Of a stretch of DNA of 64,000 nucleotides, positions 61,242-64,000 are shown in pieces. The notes under the pieces are model-generated. The model searched no databases, was not told the DNA's origin, and worked only from the letters and a program-made list of their open reading frames with translations. The DNA comes from Haliotis rubra. Lineage: Eukaryota. Position 1 is the stretch's first letter. Each line of letters starts with the position of its first letter. Where the stretch lies: positions 3,348,001 through 3,412,000 of the forward strand of contig NW_025767024.1 in the NCBI RefSeq assembly GCF_003918875.1. The letters are read 5' to 3'. The translations under genes were made by a program, and so were the position numbers.

Positions 61242-61438
61242 TAGACTAATGCTTAGTCTCTGAATATATATATTTTTGATAGGAACAAACAAGCCCATTT
61301 AAATTGAAAGGAGCCCTACGGAGACCAGAGATTCAGAACCTGAGGAAATCTAGACTTGCTTTATTTAGGGCTTTAGCACTGCAGAGAGAGCTTGGCAGTA
61401 GGGAAAATAATGTGGTTCAGGGACTGTGAGATAGACTA
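61242..61438 (-). mobile_element. Academ(H)-like MITE
   Basis: Perfect 9-bp TSD ATTATGGAA; TAG..CTA ends. Confidence 0.85.
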
Positions 61439-62463
61439 ATTATGGAAGTGCTGGTGCTACCTGTAAGGCAGGGCTCGTGCTGCCTGTAGGTCAATGCTGG
61501 TGCTACCAGGGCATGATTGGCCAACACCTGATGTCATCACCGACTGCAATTCTTTCATAACATGTTCTTTCCTCTTGATAATATTATCCCGAGTTTAAAA
61601 ATTGCTTATTTAGCAATAATCATTTACATACTGTAATCACATTCTCAGTACTTCATTTTAACATAGGGACAAGCGCAAGTCGACAGGAATGGTCTGAAAG
61701 TCTGACACAGTTATTCAGTGACACTGAGTCTTACAACGTCACCATATGTTTGTCACAAATATTGCGGTCATCATACAAGGACTCTGTCACAATAAACAGT
61801 CATAAATCTCATCCTCGCATTATGGGAGCTTAGAAAATGGAATGTTTTCCAACCGCCAGTGTACAATGTGTCGGGCGTAATGAGATTCAAGGTTTGACCC
61901 ACTCCGGGAAAACTCTGAAAGAAAATAGCCCCAGGGTATCTGTAAGCTCAGCTCGCAGACCCTGGTGTTTTACATGAACGTGATCTATACAGTTGGAACA
62001 ACCTAGGGCAAATGTCTTTAAGGGGCGCATTCTTGGTTTTATATTTGCTGTGAAATATGTTAGCAACTTCAATAATATTGCATAAATACCGATACTCGTG
62101 GCTTAAATAGATCTGTTCAGATGCTTTATTCCTAAACATGTAGTTAATTTTAAAATATTTTAAAATTTTATTTATTCAGTTTTCTATTATTAAGCAGCTT
62201 TAGTCGCAGCTAACCTTTCTCTAGTGTCATAAAGATGAACGATGGAAATAATTAGTCACAAGTGTAGAAAAAGGTTTTACCATCTTGTACGTGAGAGTTT
62301 GATATTTTGTCGCAAATCAGACATGTAACGTAACTTGATTTTAAGCAAAATGTATCATGACAGACGTTAGTAAATATGGCTATGTTACCCCCCGAGTCAT
62401 TCATCTTCAGCTCAGTGACGTCGGTGTGAAGCGACCCGTGTATCGGGGCAGACAAGCCACCCC

Positions 62464-62640
62464 CAGTCTGTCTCACAGTCCCTCAAACATATTATTTCCC
62501 CTTCCGCCAAGCTCTATCCGTAATGCACAAGTCCTAAATATAGAAATTCATAGGTTCAGAATCTCACATTTTCTTGGTTCTCGTTTTCAGTTTGAATAGA
62601 GTTGTTTTTTGTTTCTACCAAAACTACATATTTTCAGATA
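62464..62640 (+). mobile_element. Academ-like MITE (old copy)
   Basis: AGTCTGTCTCACAGTCCCT start. Confidence 0.65.
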
Positions 62641-63029
62641 CTTTCCTTCGTTGTTACTTGTGTCAACCTCACAAAGACAAGATTGTCCCATGTCATTTTG
62701 TATAAACGTCACTGCTCCAGATGCTAAACCGAGACTTTCCTGAAATAATCTGAGTTGGTTATATCAATTTTGTAAATTATTATATGTAAAGTTTTTTTTT
62801 GAGTAATGAAATACACATTATTTAACAAATATCGAATGTTATATGAAATGGACAGTACTCTATAAACATACCACAGGCAACTAATGAAAGAGTGGTAACT
62901 TAGGCTTAACACTATTCAAGTCACTTATCGTTTCGGCTACTAATAAATAAATCCACACATCACAACCATGTGGGGGATCGAACCTGGTCCTCAGCCAATA
63001 AGTCACTGGTTAATGTCACTGAAACTGTT

Positions 63030-63236
63030 TTGCGTCGTTGTATAACGCCAGACGCCAATTTTCCTATATGATTTTAGTCTGTAAGCAATCGAGTCTGGAC
63101 CATACAATCCAGTGATTGGCATCATGATCAGCCATCTATTTAGACACAATGACATGCACCAACCGAGTATGCGAGTCTGACCATCCGAGCCCGTTAGTCG
63201 CTTTTTACGACAAGCATGGGTTACCAATTCTAACCC
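63030..63236 (-). mobile_element. SINE-like family C (diverged)
   Basis: CCCGTTAGTCGC...TTACGACAAGCATGGGTTA. Confidence 0.75.
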
Positions 63237-64000
63237 TTGAGTTGGCAGATGGTCACTGAAATTGTCATAACGCTGTTAATTTGTATGTCGGGCTTTAGCA
63301 TTAAGTGTACATACGCATTATAATAAACATGTAAATCACAAAGGACTAGATTTGGCTTACAACAATGTAGGTGTAATATTTATTCCTCCTCCATCACCTT
63401 GTTCTAACCACGTGTCATCACATCCTTGACTGTATCAGCGCTTGCCTTCTCCCAAAGCTCAATCGGATCATGTCAGCTTACGGGGACAAACTCTTGCAAC
63501 TGGCGCACCGAGTATCAGGATCATGTCCGAAACAAGATATTCAAGACAAATTGAAAACATGCTGCCCACTAACAATGTCCAGCTTAGTCCTAGAGGCAGT
63601 TGGGTCCATCTCATGTTTACAAGGGCGTGTAAACCGAAAAATGACCCCAGATTATTCTGAAGTGGTGTTTTGTCCCCATCTGGTGATGCTGTTAACGGGC
63701 AAAGAACCAGTGTATCATCTTTGATGGAAAACCGTGTTGTTACCTGGGGGTCGATTTTGTCAACAAATTGAGGGATAATGACCCGTGAACAGCCATGTAC
63801 TCTAACACCGTGATTGTTGGGGATGGGGCGAGATGTAGCTTTAGGTGGAGCTCTGGAAACACGAGGAAGGCGTTGTACTGCAAGACCTATCTGGAACGTG
63901 TTTTTTGTTACTCGATCTTGTCTGGGCTGCGTTCAATGAGGCAGGACCAGCGTTAAGCACAGGAAATAATGTTTAACATCCAAGGGCCAATTTTCAAATT

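Overview
Eukaryotic, AT-rich, intron- and repeat-rich DNA, probably from a gastropod mollusc (the SINE repertoire looks abalone-like; inference). Genes: (1) the last five coding exons of a + strand LamG-like jellyroll protein gene (1402-4932); (2) a complete five-exon SLX9/FAM207A gene on the - strand (14986-10357, 214 aa); (3) the 5' end of an alpha-neurexin locus on the + strand. The neurexin exon encoding signal peptide + LNS1 + EGF1 is present twice as diverged, intact paralogues (30258-30984 and 47346-48096). Both end in a phase-1 donor and no downstream neurexin exon is visible between them, which suggests variable first exons spliced to shared constant exons. This is the strongest candidate for an undescribed system. 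Mobile DNA: a 5.08-kb DDD-transposase element (Sola2-like protein, CAC..GTG ends, 4-bp TSD, frameshifted ORF), five SINE families, several MITE families, Penelope-like inverted remnants and an L2 fragment. One SINE family lacks a Pol III head and starts with a pseudoknot; another has Penelope-like geometry and tail. Also present: a 2.64-kb tandem duplication, a 0.63-kb inverted duplication, satellites and a 198-N gap. All calls were made by eye without database searches.
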